This document shows positions 1 through 13,605 of a stretch of 64,000 nucleotides of DNA, piece after piece (within the stretch, counting starts at the first letter, position 1; every line of letters starts with the position of its first letter). This DNA comes from Eledone cirrhosa. Its lineage: Eukaryota. The notes beneath the pieces were generated by a model. It did not search any database. It saw only the letters and a list, made by a program, of their open reading frames with translations, and was not told the DNA's origin. The stretch lies in assembly GCA_964016885.1 (NCBI GenBank), contig OZ024740.1:218302001-218366000 (forward strand), written 5' to 3'. A program made the translations under genes and the position numbers.

Positions 1-160
1 AGGGGGTAGTTTGTGATGGATAGAGATAGGACGATGACGAGAGAGTGTAGTAGAGATGGCGAGGGGGAGAGTTTTGAGATGATTGATATAAAGAGGAGGA
101 TTGGGAGAGTGTTTTGTATGTTAGATATAGAGAGGGGGATAATTTGGTGGTTGTAGAAAC

Positions 161-263
<103 letters not shown>

Positions 264-511
264 TACAGGGGTGGGTGGAACCTAAGGGAGTATCGGGACC
301 ATATCACCCCCACCCCCACCCATAATTCTATTTTTCTCGAAACGGGAACGAAGCATCAATATAATATCAATATATTATTTTTATTTACACATGCGTTTCT
401 TAATCGATCAGCTCAAGATACGATCGGTAATAATGGGGCCCGACTCTAGAATCGCTCATACATTTGTGGATTCTGGAATGATTATAAAGAATATATATAT
501 AATATATTATA

Positions 512-643
512 TATCAAATGAATGCAGCCTGTTAGAACATTACTCACCAGAGTACTCGATACTTGGGGTAGTAGAGAGTGGTTATATGAAAGAGTCGGGA
601 CCCCGACGGCTGAGCTCTTGCCGTTTCAACAGATAGTTCCGAA

Positions 644-648
<5 letters not shown>
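512..648 (-). mobile_element. Short PLE-terminal-type element in (TA)n, 5'-truncated inside a hammerhead core
   Basis: Minus strand reads (at)ATGA-gttcggaactatctgtt-GAAA-cggc-aagagctca-gccg-TC-ggggtc: stem III and cleavage site intact, CUG of the core lost into the TA run. Terminal GTACTCGATAC motif at ~552. Confidence 0.55.
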
Positions 649-689
<41 letters not shown>

Positions 690-698
<9 letters not shown>

Positions 699-1160
699 TG
701 CAAACTCTGCTAAGAATATTGCAATCGGTTGTCAGATTACAGAGTTTGGTGCACTTTTAGTCTACGGCCAGCCACACGAACCTGTAACCTATCCTGAACA
801 AGCAATGCCTTGCACTCGACCAACCCCACTCTCTGAGCATCGAAAACATTACCCAAAAAGGAGAACTGGTCAACATTATCGGGTGCTTCCGAAGCCGCAG
901 GTTTTTTTTTCTTTTCAAAGTTTCCCTCTCTTAGAAAGGTGTGACAACAGCTGGGGTCCTTTCACTCCCAGGTGAAAAAAAAAGAGTACTATTTGGATGG
1001 TCGTTGACTCTGCTGAGTTCCTCCGGTTTTCGCCGTGTCTTGTATTTCATCCCACAGGGTGTCCAAATATCACCCTCCTCATCAAGCTAGCTTGGTGGGG
1101 TTGCCGTTTTAGTCACCAACAGACAGGTTGCACTGAGTTACATGTTACCAGTAGCTCTCG
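690..1160 (-). mobile_element. Non-autonomous RTE/RTEX-like retroelement (diverged copy)
   Basis: Reverse complement aligns by eye to 40449-40768 and 54545-55110 (gcaaccccaccaag...ggagggtga...gagggaaact...gatgttgac..gagagtggg...caggcattgct...gagtt.gcagcca). Confidence 0.65.
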
Positions 1161-2109
1161 AGAGCGACCTGACATACATATATAAAGTTTTGGGCTCACT
1201 ACAATTAAAACTTAGAGAGTATCTTAAGCAAATAAATCTCAAATCACAAATTGTCCGTTGGGCACTACCGATATGCACAAGAAATGTTTCTCTGTCTAAG
1301 GTCCTTGTTAAGACCCGACAGGCATCAGAATATCCAGTACTGATTATATTCACTGTGTCAACCATATATCATAATAACTATTATTTCCAATATTGGCACA
1401 AGGCCAGCAATTTGAGTTCACTGAATGCTGCAAACATTCGAAACAGACTTCCGTTTCCTGTTTCGTCCACGTTTTTCCTACAGGCATTAGTCTATACTAT
1501 AAACATGACAAATAAAATCAAACAGGATGAATAAGCTAATTAACTGGTAGGATTTACTTATACAAGATACTCGTCTATATTAAGATAAAATATTCTATTT
1601 TTCCAAGTAGATGGTGACAGTGACTTCGATGTAATTCGCAGTCAGAAGAGACAAATTAGATCCGGAACCTCGAAGTACCTACTCAATTTTATTTTATTGT
1701 ATTTTATTTTATTTTATTTTATTTTATTATGTTTTTAAATATCTTTACGCATGCTGGAATGGCTCCTCCAGTGCGTCTCCCTCACTATCTTTCGGGGAAA
1801 CGACTTCTCTATTCTGTTCGCCGGGGCCGACGAAGCCAGTGAGAGTGGTGACTTGGTTCTTTTGTGTTCGGATCTGGTGTATATATATGTATATGTTTCC
1901 AAATAATTATATATATAGAATTAATGACTCCCCACCACCACCACCTAGAAAAACTATATCACCCTCCTGTATATGTATTGAAAGCTAATTCAGTTAATGT
2001 TTGACTATTTCTATATCTGATTATACATAACACCTCCATAAATATTAACAACAACAACAACAACAATAATAATTTCTTTATTTACCATAAAGAGTTTACA
2101 TGGACAATA

Positions 2110-2525
2110 ATAATGGTTTCTGATATAGGCACACAGTCAGCAATTTTGGGAGAGGAGGAAAGTCGATTAAATCGACCCCAGTGTGTTACTGGTACTTTAT
2201 TTCATCGACCCCGTAAGGATGAAAGGCAAAGCCAACATCGGTGGGATTTGAACGCAGAACGTAAAGGGCCGTAACTCTGCTACAAAGTATGTTGTCCGGC
2301 GCTTAACCGATACTGCTAGTCCACCGCCATCACGTGGACAATAATAATTGTTTCTACTTTTTGGCACGAGGCCAGCAATTACCCAGTACATTACTGGTAC
2401 TTTATTTTATCGACCCCGTAAGGATGAAAGGCAAAGTCAACCTCGGCGGGATTTGAACTCAGATCGTAAAGGGACGTAACTCTGCTGAAAAGCATGGCGT
2501 CTGACCCTCTACCGATACTGCCAAT
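2110..2525 (-). mobile_element. Tandem pair of tRNA-derived SINEs with Meta-like central domain
   Basis: Minus strand carries A box (tggcagtatcggt), B box (gttcaaatccc), GCCTTTCATCCTTACGGGGTCGATAAAATAAAGTACCAG and a ggccttgtgcc..agaaac(aat)n tail. Confidence 0.85.
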
Positions 2526-3418
2526 AATAATGATTTCTTTATTGGCCGCACGGGGCTTACATCAAGAAAACATTAAAGACGGCACGTGACAGCACATGAC
2601 GTTACAGGACGGCACATGACGGTACATGACGGTACAGGACGGTACAGGATAGTACATGACGGTACATGACAGCTCATAACGGTACATGACGATACATGAC
2701 GGTGTATGACGGCATATGACGGTACATGACCGTACATGATGGTACATGACAGTTCATGACGGTATATAACGTTACAGCACGGTACATGACGGTACATGAT
2801 GGTACATGACAGTTCATGACGGTATATAACGTTACAGCACGGTACATGACGGTGCATGATGGTACATGATGGTACATGACAGTTCATGACGGTATATAAC
2901 GTTACAGCACGGCACATGACGGTACATGACGGTACATGACAGTCCATGACAGTACATAACGTTACAGGACGGTACATGACGGTACATGACGGTACATGAT
3001 GGTACATGACAGTTCATGACAGTACATAACGTTACAGCACGGCACATGACGGTACATGACGGTACATGACAGTCCATGACAGTACATAACGTTACAGGGC
3101 GGTACATGACGGTACATGACGGTATATGACGGTACAGGATGGTGCAGGTTGGTACATGACGATGCATGACGATACATGACGGTACATGACGGTACATGAC
3201 GGTACAATGTGGGATGTTTATGTTCAAAAAATATTTAACAAAAACAACAAACATGTACAGAAATTCATACAAAAAAACCGTAATAGGGGGAAATTTCCAA
3301 GGGTCACTCTGACCGCATGGCAAATTCCCCCTCCCCCTGTCGTCTTCCTCCAATATACAGACACATACTCAGAGCAGGCCCATTCATTCGGGCCATGCTC
3401 GCCATTCTAACCCACCTT
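2522..3418 (-). mobile_element. 3' end of Tx1/L1-type LINE with expanded 3'UTR minisatellite
   Basis: Both ends match the Tx1 copy at 46895-47220 (aataatgatttctttatt..cc.ca.ggg.ttacat; tactcagag.aggcccattca.tcgggccat). Confidence 0.75.
2578..3206. repeat. 10-bp minisatellite (GGTACATGAC)n with higher-order variants
   Basis: About 60 tandem units; variants agttcatgac/ggtatataac/gttacagcac recur in blocks. Explains the HVPSCTVMYR ORFs. Confidence 0.95.
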
Positions 3419-3559
3419 ACAATAAAATGCTCAGAAGGCAACACTGCCTGGTTTTCCTATTCAAGTGAACAGTTTTGGTGGAGTAGAGAAAAATCTCAGG
3501 AGAATGTAGACTGGAAAAAAGAATATGGAAGAAATATGCAATAGTTTAGAAAAGCAGAC

Positions 3560-5590
3560 TAAAGAAAACCAACAAATAGAAATCTCCCGACATTTACAAA
3601 GTGCCAAACCTTTGGTTATCTTCTCTCACAACTAGTCATAATATGTTATAACGAAATTATGTACAACCGCGAGAAAACTCCTGATTGGTTTGCAAAAAGT
3701 ATAACATATCTTTTACCAAAATTGACAGAAACAAATATTCAAAAACATTATCACCCCGTGACCTGCCTTTCCACATTATACAAAATTCTCACCTCAATAT
3801 TGAATGAGATAACCTACATATTTATGGAGGAAAATGTTTTCCCTTTTGAGCAAAACGGTTGTTGTCGCTGTGGGTTCCACGGCTGCAAAAACCAACTTCC
3901 AATTAACTGCATAATTCTAGAAATCTCATAAAAATCAGAGCGTACTGCTTGGATTGATTATAAAATAGCTTTTGATACTGTTCCCTACTCTTGGATTTAG
4001 AAATCTTTGGATGTTCTGTAAATGTTCTCAGTAATATCAAACAATGTAAAATACAACAAATTTATATGAAATACAAATTTATTATTGTCACACACTGATA
4101 GAACCATACATTCCAGGAACGAACATAAGCATTAACTGTGATGTTGTTTAAGGTTAGTTTTCTTCTTTGATAATTTCCGTTGCACTCATACATTTGAAAT
4201 AAAAGCTAAAAGAAAAATAATATGGCTTCACAATAAATGATGAAACCATAAATTATCGGTTTTATATGGATGACTTGAAACTGTATGGTAGAAATGACAG
4301 CGAGCTGGAAGAACTATTGAAGCTAGTAAAGGTATAAAGCGATATGTAGGGATGGAGTTTGGATTGAAACAATGCGCGAAAGCAACGTTCAAAAAAGGAA
4401 GAAAGTCAAGGACATATTCAATGGAAATATATGGGGCTAGAATAATTAAAGAATTGAAACAAGAACAAACCTACAAGTATTTAAGGGTCAATAAAGGCCA
4501 AGGTATTCATCACGCCAGCATGAAAAGAAAATCAGGAAGGAATGCTACCGGAGAGTACGTGCTGCCTTGAAAACTGAGCACAACTCGCAGAATAAAATAT
4601 ATGATATAAACACTCTTGCAATCCTAGTTGACACCACTATTTTCAACATGATAAATTGGAACGTTAATGAAAAGAAGAAAATAATAGACACCAAAATAAA
4701 AAAAATGTTTGACCTGTAATACATTACATCACTCAAAAGCAGATGTGAATCACCTCTATCTTCCCAGCGTGAGCTATCATACAAAATATCAGCCATTGGA
4801 CTGAAACAATATCTTAAAACTACAGATGACTTGATGCTGAAAATTGCTGCAGAACATGAAAGAAAAATCACAAAGAAAAATAAGAAGTTTTCTGAAGTAT
4901 AAAGAAATATAAAGAAAAGTTTGAAAATCATGGCGATTCTGGCTGTAAAGGACCTGAAAATGTTAGTGAAAAGGGAAGGTCAACTGAAACACTGCGCACC
5001 ATTAGGAGCAAAAACCTCTGGATGGGCAATTTGTCTTCCAAAGCAAAAGACCTGATGTAGATCAAACCCTCACATATGAGTGGCTGCGGAGTTCTGGATT
5101 AAAGGTAGAGAGTGAGAGCTTCCTTTTGGCTACAGGACAGGAGTGTCTTTCAACCCATAATTTTCAAGTTTGTGTGATCAGAAAGGGAACTGCTCTAAAG
5201 TGTTGATTTTGTGAAACCATTGACCCTTTGGTTTTATAAAGCATTATCTCCCCGGAGTATAAAACTAGGCATGATAGAGTAGAGTAACATGACAGAATGA
5301 TCAAAGCCAATAGAACCGATATAATCGTGAAAAACTGTAAAAATAAAATACACTACTTAATTGATACGAACATTCCATCAGATCGTAACATCTTCTTGAA
5401 AGAGTTCCGAAAGTTCAGTAAGTATAATAATCTGACACTTGGAATTGTGAAAATGTAGCAGCTTAAGACCTGTTAATACCAATGATAGTCGGTGCACTTG
5501 GAATGAAAAAAGAAGGGAAAAGAAAAGTATTTTGACCAGATATCTGGAAATCCATCACAAGAGAGTTAAAAATTATAGTTGACAAGGAAA
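3560..5590 (+). pseudogene. Decayed R4/Dong-type non-LTR retrotransposon (RT + REL endonuclease)
   Basis: Fragments PDWFAKSITYLLPK, YHPVTCLSTLYKILTS, WIDYK.AFDTVP, FYMDDLKLY, MEFGLKQCA, YKYL, ANRTDIIV, IP.IVGALG, with many stops and frameshifts. Confidence 0.85.
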
Positions 5591-5811
5591 CACGAACAAA
5601 CAAGAGGATGTAATAACATGAAGTGTATTAGTTTCACGCTTGGGGAAAGAAGAATGAGTTACATAGTCAACGTATTTGTATTTGCCCTTCATCAGGAATA
5701 ACACAAAAGGAAAATAACGAAGAAAATAATATTAAAGATTGAAAAATACCAAAAAATAATAAATAATAAATAAAAGGTAGTTCATGTAACGTTAGAAATG
5801 AATTATCAAAA

Positions 5812-6837
5812 TCTGTATATAAATAAAATTAAGTGTGTGATGTGTGTGTGTGTCTGTGTGTCTGTGTATTACCTATAGGGGCCTACATCTTACGACCGAT
5901 TTTCATGAAACATTACAGGCTCATAGATTAGTCATCGGGGAGTGTTTTCTCTATATCAGGGCATCGTTCTTTTTATTCCGGGGTCATTCTGCAGATGAAA
6001 ATCGATAGGGAGGGGGGGGCCTATTTTTTAGGTATCGAAAAATAAGATTTTTGGCTCTAGCTCCCACATTTTGCCACCGATTTCGTTCAAATTTTAAAGC
6101 AAAATAGAATTTATCATTTCACATCCTGTAATGGCTTTATATTTTGCATTCGTTGTTCAGTGACGGCGTGTTAGCCGCTTAAATATTCAAAAGTTCCACT
6201 TTTAGACTCAAATTGCCACTATTTCGGCACCAGCTCCCACATTAATCAACCTACTTTGTTCAAATTTTACACTACGCTAGATCTGATTATTTCACGTCTT
6301 AAAGTGGCTTTATATTTTGGACTTTCTGTTCAAGAACCGCGTGGCAGCCGCTTAAATATTCGAAAATACCACCTTTTCGCTCAAATTTCCGCCTTTTCGG
6401 CTCTAACTCCCACATTTTTCAACCGATTTCGTCCAAATTCGAAACTTCGGCTCCACCTCACACATAAATCAATTTATTTGGTTCAACTTTTATACTACGA
6501 TAGAACCTATCATTGCACATCTTATAGATGGTCAAAGGCAAAACGATGGCCACTGACGTCGTCTGAGCTTTTAGTTGTGTATTTGAGAATTCATCGGTTT
6601 CCAATCAAGTAGCGTGAGGAAATTTGGCTTAGTGTTAGAGGTCATTACCTCCCTCCCCATCATGCCCCTTCGTCAGTCACCCGCGTTTCTCGGTGATAGA
6701 GGTCATCACCACCCTCCCCCGCATGGCCTGTGTGTGGCCATAGATGAGTCATCGAGAAGCAGTCGCTAAGATCAACACCTTTTCATCAAAGCAGATATTA
6801 TTTTACCTACCCAGGCAACGCTGGGTACTGCTGCTAG
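5812..6837 (+). mobile_element. Non-autonomous Helitron
   Basis: Inserted between A and T; 5' TCTGTATATAAATAAAA followed by TG/TCTG repeats; 3' hairpin CCCAGGCAACGCTGGG and CTAG terminus; three ~170-bp internal repeats (gctcccacatt...). Confidence 0.8.
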
Positions 6838-7364
6838 TAAAACTATAAAGGTGGAGAGAGGGGGAGTGGTCTTTCGTCATGGGGGTGGGGTGGGATGGCC
6901 GACGTGCAGTGGATGTTTGTGTGTAGGTGGGGTGCACATTAGAGTGCGTTTGCGTGTGTGTGTGTGTTTAAGTGTGTTGTTGGTAGAGATGTGTGTTCGT
7001 ACATATCTGTGAGCATGTGTATGCTGTTATGCGTGTTTGGCAGAGATGTGTAGTTGTATGTATACTATACACAAGCCTAGTATAGGTATCGTTTAGTTTT
7101 TAAACACCTAATTAATACAAATATTGATATTTTTTTTAAAAAGCAACAACTATTTACGTTACTCCCTAAAAACAAAACAACGAATCAGTTATAAGTAATA
7201 GACGTGGGAGGAAATATTTTTACCTATACAATAATTGCTGTTCAATGCAAAATAACGTTTTTTATAACTTCATTGTGTCTGGAACAATACACCTTTTTTA
7301 TTGTTGAATTTTTATTCAATAAAAATCAATTATATATTACTAAAAGAAAGTTATGGGAGTATAT

Positions 7365-7575
7365 AATGGTTTCTAGTCTAGGCACAAGGCCAGCAATTCG
7401 GGGAGAGTGGAAAGTCGATTAAATCGACTCCGGTCTGTTACTAGTACTTTATTTTATCGACACCATAAGGATGCAAGACAAAGCTAACCTCGACAGCATT
7501 TGAACTTAGATCGTAAAGGGTCATAACTATATGCCACAAAGCATGTTGTCCGAAGCTCTACCGATACTGCCAAAC
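7365..7575 (-). mobile_element. Meta-type tRNA SINE
   Basis: Same family as 2110-2525 and 11597-11818. Confidence 0.8.
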
Positions 7576-8209
7576 CACTGAGTACATAATGGATTCAAAA
7601 ATCTTTCTCTTTAAATTATGGGTGCGTCTTATACATTAGTGCAGGTCTTAACCCGAAAAATACGGTATGTATTCAGATCTAAATCAGAAGTTATTTTGAA
7701 GAAAACCCAAGATAGCCATTGGCCCTTACTTTCTTATACGTTAGCTTTTTATCACTGGTAGCTTTTAAAAATATTTATTTTTAGAAACCTTCAGGAGGAT
7801 CTGTGCGAGGCTTCCATTTCCCATTCACATCTGATTTATTGACTTTCTGTCATTATTCTTAAATATTCGAATCTTTATGTTAGAGTTCCGCCTTTGGTCG
7901 TTACTTAATGTCTCATTTTAACATGTGTGTAATTGCTGTTTAAGTTTGGGGTTGGTTGGTTGGTGGCTCGGAGGGACAGAATGGTGGGGAAGATTCGTTG
8001 AAAGACCTAGCCCACTTCACGGGACACGTTCTTGAGAATAGCCATTACTATCTCAATCGAAGTAAGTAGGTAGGTTGTTCAAGGGACTCAGAGAGCCAGA
8101 CGTTTCCACCGCTAACGGTTCAATGATTAACCTAAAGGGGATCATTGATATCTAATGTCTGAGTTCCTGCTTGTATACGTGTCAGTATGTGTTATTAGTA
8201 TGCTAAGAA

Positions 8210-8532
8210 TTGGCAGAGTTATTAGAATATCGGATAGAATGCTTTTATGGTATTCGTTTCAACATTCTACTCTCTGAATTCAAATCCCGAGGACTACTTT
8301 GCCTTTTACCCATTCGAAGTCGATAAAAAATGTACGAGTCAAATATTGGGTTGATTCTTCCTCTATATCTCTTTCTCACTTTCATTCTCTCACTCATCCT
8401 ATCATTCTTTGGAAGAAATTTACTGCATTCAGACCTGAAGAGTATTGGGCTCCACCGGGTTTTAAAAAGTGAGCTAGAAACGCCGTATGTCAATATGGCA
8501 CCCTTACGAATCCTTCAGGAGTTACGGGGCCA
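8210..8532 (+). mobile_element. tRNA/Meta SINE subfamily with alternative CT-rich 3' part
   Basis: Same head and Meta domain, then a CT-rich stretch and ggcacccctacga tail; homologous to 19010-19280 (-) and 27765-28100 (+). Confidence 0.7.
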
Positions 8533-8714
8533 TGTATGCATGTGTTATTAGTCTTAGGTGGCGTAGCTAGAATTTTTGTCCCTTTGACCGTCCTTGAGTC
8601 CCTCCCACCACAAAAAATACAACACAATACACATCAAGTACCACCTCACACTCACAGTAGCTACACTATTGTTTGTGTGTGTGTGTGTGATAGAGAGAGA
8701 GAATGTGTGTATGT

Positions 8715-8757
<43 letters not shown>

Positions 8758-8818
8758 TGTGTGTGTGTATGGGAGTGTGTGTGTGTGTGTATGGGAGTGT
8801 GTGTGTGTGTGTGTATGG

Positions 8819-8858
<40 letters not shown>

Positions 8859-9419
8859 GGTTTTTGTTCCTTTTTCTCTTTATATAGAAAATGATTTATA
8901 ATGTAGTGAATTATTATCACTGTTTTGATAATTATTTTCATCCTAGAAACAAGAGGTTAGTCCACATGCAATGTGAACACTGGATAAGTAGAGTCTAATT
9001 GATCTTACAAACGTCAGAAACTCATCGATACTGGAGCCAAGTGCCCTTGAACAGAATTCGATTATGCTAAAAAAGAAACGAGATTCTATCTATATTGCTT
9101 GATAAGTTGCTATGAAGAAAAAAGTAAAACGAAGAAGGAAACGAAAACAAAAGAGATATAATCTTGGTCGGACACAAATGAGGGTGTAAAGTACTTCTCA
9201 CAAAGTGTCATTGCAGAGATCATTTTACACAAAACTGTATGTGGCTGCTATTGTGATCTTCACAAAAATATAACTGAGCTTGTTTCATTCAATGCCAGCC
9301 AGTTTATAGGCTATTCACAATGTCATTTTCCTAGGACATCTCTGTTCACGATAAAAAAATTTTATTCACCTCATTTAAACTTTTTTCTGTTAACATGTAA
9401 GACTTATCTGCCTAGGGTG

Positions 9420-10012
9420 GCAAGCAGGCACCATTCTTTGCTACAGTGAAAAGACGAAAGCTCGTCTGGTACAGACATGCATCCCGCCACGACTCCATAC
9501 CCTAACCCAGGCATGGGTAATCTTTTTCGAGAAGCAGGCCGCAAGAGATATGGTTCATCATCAGGCGGGCCGTAGCCGCTAATTTACATTCGTGTCCACA
9601 TTAAAAAAAGGGTGATAACTCAGGTTGTTTTGATTTGTTTCTTCAGAATTCGTACACGTTGTTTTCCTCGATCGTAAAAAGGATAGAAAGATAAATTACG
9701 ACTGAAAAGTTGGGCTAAAAAAATCAGAAAGATTTCACTTACCGGTAGGTGACTTAGGCGAGCCATTCAGAAAGCTTCGCGGGCCGCAGGTTTCCCATGA
9801 CTGACCTAACCCATTTTCTAGGACAAAGTCGAAGGAGAGCGAAGAAGAGATACAAAATAATGTGGTCCGACGACATTAAAGATTGGACAGGTCATAACAG
9901 TAGAACCCATCTGTGTATGACGGTGAAGAACAATAAATGGTGGTTACCAGAAAGTCTAGACTGGCACCCGAATAACTGGTTGCGCGATTGACGAGTAGAT
10001 GATGATGATGAT
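9420..10012 (+). pseudogene. RTE-clade LINE 3' fragment interrupted by a hAT MITE
   Basis: TVKRRKLVWY..SRHDS / KVEGERRR / MWSDDIKDWTG C-terminal RTE motifs; (GAT)n tail. Confidence 0.7.
9508..9803. mobile_element. hAT-type MITE
   Basis: TIRs CAGGCATGGGTAA / TTTCCCATGACTG; 8-bp TSD CCCTAACC / ACCTAACC; gcgggccg subterminal motifs. Confidence 0.85.
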
Positions 10013-10338
10013 CTGTCTAGGAATACTGATTTCTCTTAGAAGCGTTGGTCATGGCTGGAACACCTTCGATCATAGGTCTGCTTTATCAGAGTTAATCTGA
10101 ATCTAGACGTAAATAAATACAAATGGTTAGGAGAGGACAATTTGTAATAGTAGGCTATAGCAATGCAGATAGAATTTCAAATATAAAAAAATAACGACCA
10201 GCAGGAGACCCAGAGGCAGACCACGAACAAGATAGTTTGATAGCATCCATAATCTCGGTTGGCTTCGCTTGGAGGCGGTTGTATCCGATAGAATACTCTG
10301 GAAGGCGTGTCCTTGGATTCTGCTTCTGCCACAACGAC

Positions 10339-10377
<39 letters not shown>

Positions 10378-10740
10378 GAAGAAGAAGAAGAAGAAGAAGA
10401 AGAAGAAGAAGAAGAAGAAGAAGAAGAAGAAGAAGAAGAAGAAGAAGAAGAAGATTGAAATATCACTTACGAAATATAAAAAAAGAAAAGGAGATTGAGA
10501 GAGGCAGAGAAAGAGAGAGAGGGAAAGAGACAGAGAGAGAAAAGAGAGAATGTGTGTGTGCGTGTGTGTGCGTGTGTATGCGTGTGCGTGCGTGTGTGTG
10601 TGAGAAAGAGAGGGGGGGGGGCGAGAGAATTATTATATATCTATTAAGGTGAATTTATTGTGAATACAGAAGATAGTAAAATAGTAAATAATACCATGTG
10701 GGTGGTCCAACTAATCGCTGTAAGCAGCGGGAGCACTGCA

Positions 10741-11210
10741 TTATAATAATAATAATAATAATGAAAATATTGTGTACAGTGCTCAGGTGCACTACAATTC
10801 ATCAAACGTGTATGTATAGTACATAGGGTAATGTACAAACGTCAAGAAAATGAACAGTGCATGAGTCATGATATACACATGTGTGCATGTGTATGGAAGG
10901 GGGACATCAGGTGTAGTTTTGGCGAATTTCGGGAAGCATGAGGGTTTTAAAGGATGCAGTGTCTCGGCAGCTAACAACTGACGCAGGTAGTTTGTTCCGT
11001 GCTTCAGCAACTCTAAGTGTGAAAAAATGTTTACGAAAGTCATGGGAGCTGTGCTGTTTTCTGACTTTGTAGGCATGTCCACGTGTGTTAGACACATGGA
11101 GATCAAAAAGGTGCTCAGGGTTGTTGTTGGCGAGATGGTTAATAACTTTGTGGGTGTCTACCAAGTCCATTGCCAGACGTCGGAGCTTCAATGAATCCAT
11201 GCCCAACGAG
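10741..11210 (-). pseudogene. CR1/L2-type LINE 3' fragment
   Basis: SLKLRRLAMDL...TRGHAYKV...RKHFFTLRV...NKLPASVV...FK motif, then 3'UTR and (ATT)n tail. Confidence 0.85.
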
Positions 11211-11596
11211 TTCGATATCTTCGTAAGAATCTGTACATTGACAAAAGCGTTCTCACTCCGAATTTTGTTAGAAATAACTTTATCACTATTACACCAAAGA
11301 AGATGTCAGAATGAGTTAATAACGAACCGTACCACCTCAGGAAGGAAAATAGAAAAAAATTTCAAAATAAAAATTTCTGTAACATGCGGCGGGGGGGTTT
11401 TAATAAGAGAGAAAAAGATGTAAAATGTTAACAAAAAACATTGAAGCATAAGAATTACTGCCGGGACATTATCACAGCACACCTAGAGACATTGTAGTAG
11501 TAGTAGTAGTAGCAGTAGCAGTAGCAGTAGTAGTAGTAGTAGTAGTAGTAGAACTAAGTCTAGAAAAGTCATAATCATAACATAAAATAAATTCAT

Positions 11597-11818
11597 TGCG
11601 GTGGATTGGCAGTATCGGTAAAGGGTCGGACGCCATGCTTTGCAGCATAGAGTTACGGCCTTTTATGATCTGAGTTCAAATCCCGCCGAGGTTAACTTTT
11701 CCTTTCATCTTTACGGGGGTCAATAAAATAAAGTACCAGTAATACACTGGGGTCAATTTAATCGACTTTCCCCTCTCCCCAAAAATTGCTGGCCTTGTGC
11801 CTATATAAGAAACCATTA
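11597..11818 (+). mobile_element. Full-length Meta-type tRNA SINE
   Basis: A and B boxes, Meta-like domain, ggccttgtgcctatataagaaacc tail. Confidence 0.9.
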
Positions 11819-12076
11819 TATATATATATGCGTGTGTGTGTGTGAATAAATATATACATATATATATATATATATACATATATATATAGTATATATATAT
11901 TTATTAAAATATATATATACTATATATAATATATATAATAGTATATATATATATATATATATAAAGGCATGTATAGGGATGTATATATATATATATGCGT
12001 GAGTGTATAAATATGTATATACATATATATACATATATATACATACATACACACACATATATATATATATATATAT

Positions 12077-12162
12077 AGTAATAATAATAAATTTGAAGAC
12101 TAAAATCCAAAGAGGGCTCGATAAGGATAAATATATATCAAATATATAAGAACCGTAGAGCA

Positions 12163-12168
<6 letters not shown>
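12077..12168 (-). mobile_element. Solo terminal tail of the 34.6-37.7 kb PLE family in (TA)n
   Basis: Near-identical to the reverse complement of 37643-37735. Another copy at 13050-13170 ends in a small fold-back (aaaataacagatt/aatctgttatttt). Confidence 0.8.
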
Positions 12169-12234
<66 letters not shown>

Positions 12235-12268
12235 ATATATATATATATAAGTATACACACACACACAC

Positions 12269-12326
<58 letters not shown>

Positions 12327-12423
12327 GCAGATAATATCCTCTGCTCTGCAAAAGAAACATATTAGTACCATCGCTAGTGTAGAGTGAAGTGAAATATCGA
12401 AATATGCGATTCATCATATAGAA

Positions 12424-12456
<33 letters not shown>

Positions 12457-12920
12457 ATATGTGCGTGTGCGTGTGTGTGTGGGTTACGTTAAGTTAATGT
12501 CGTGGAAGATATAACCTGATGCTATTACAGTGCTAACGGATACTGTGAATGGAATGACGCTGAGTTTATTTTGTTCCACACCCAAACCGAAAAGTTATAT
12601 TTGTGTAGGTATCTGTGTATGTATGATGCATGTATGTATATATATAAATGGAAAAGAATGAAACGAAATTTCATTTCTCACTCTTAGTACGGCTGTTACT
12701 TAAATATAAGCATGTATACGTACATACATATATGTATACAGACGTACAGTAATATGTATATATATATACATACATGCACACATATATATATGTACGTATG
12801 GGTTTACCGAACATTTATTATAATGTTCGGTTTGTTTGTAAACAAACAAACAGCCCGAATTAAGCCGTACAGTGTTCAGACAACCATCGTCGCCTTTTTG
12901 TTCAACACTGACACAGGAAA

Positions 12921-12959
12921 GATGTACTAGTTTCAAGCTTATTAGCTATCGTCAGCATC
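12921..12959 (-). ncRNA. Minimal type I hammerhead ribozyme
   Basis: gatg-CTGACGA-t-agct-aata-agct-t-GAAA-ctag-TA-catc; intact core, palindromic helix III (ACTAGT). Confidence 0.85.
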
Positions 12960-13162
12960 GTATACCTTCCTGCCAGTTGAACGTCTGAAAGTATATACTT
13001 TCCTTATGCATATTAACGGCTGAGCAGTCGAATTTGCATATATATATATATAGTAATAATAATACATTTGAAGACTAAAATCCAAAGAGAGCTCGATAAG
13101 GATAAATATATATCAAATATAACCCTAGAGCAAATATTTATTAAAATAACAGATTTAATCTG

Positions 13163-13222
<60 letters not shown>

Positions 13223-13227
<5 letters not shown>

Positions 13228-13495
13228 TTGCGAGGTTTTTCATATGAAATCGTGTGTCGAAACAAATATTGTTATACTTGGGGAGGGTGATCTTGTTGTA
13301 ATACTATTGCCTGAAATAATAACAGAACACACTCACTGTTTGGTTGGTTTTCGCTTCTGCATCTTTTATATCTCCATAGTTAATTCATTTGGCCATCAAT
13401 GTTTATCATTAACTGACCGACGGTCCAAAATATAGATATAAATATATATATAGTCTAACAAAGTTTTTTCGTTGCACTTCTGCAACATCTGCAAC
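13223..13495 (-). mobile_element. Short PLE-terminal element (family of 61402-61925 and 63742-63993), truncated in hammerhead stem II
   Basis: Shared atattgttatacttgggg.gggt...aacagaacacactcact...ctgaccgacggtc...caaagtt.tttcgttgcac.tctgcaac. Confidence 0.75.
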
Positions 13496-13504
13496 CCGGA
13501 ATAA

Positions 13505-13550
<46 letters not shown>

Positions 13551-13605
13551 TTATTCCGGGTTGAATCGGAGGTAACCACAGTAAGTAAGGTACTCAATAC
13601 ATACC

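Noticed and set aside
1040-1090. TTGATGA...GAAA on the minus strand of the RTE-like element as a hammerhead
   Set aside because: No stem III/UH or stem I, and not conserved in sister copies (TTGGTGA...AAAA).
2562-3353. Cys/His-rich repeat ORFs (HVPSCTVMYR)n
   Set aside because: Translation of a 10-bp minisatellite in all frames; no coding evidence.
8536-12417. ORFs rich in CV, YI, HT, poly-E, poly-R or poly-S (also at many other positions)
   Set aside because: Translated microsatellites.
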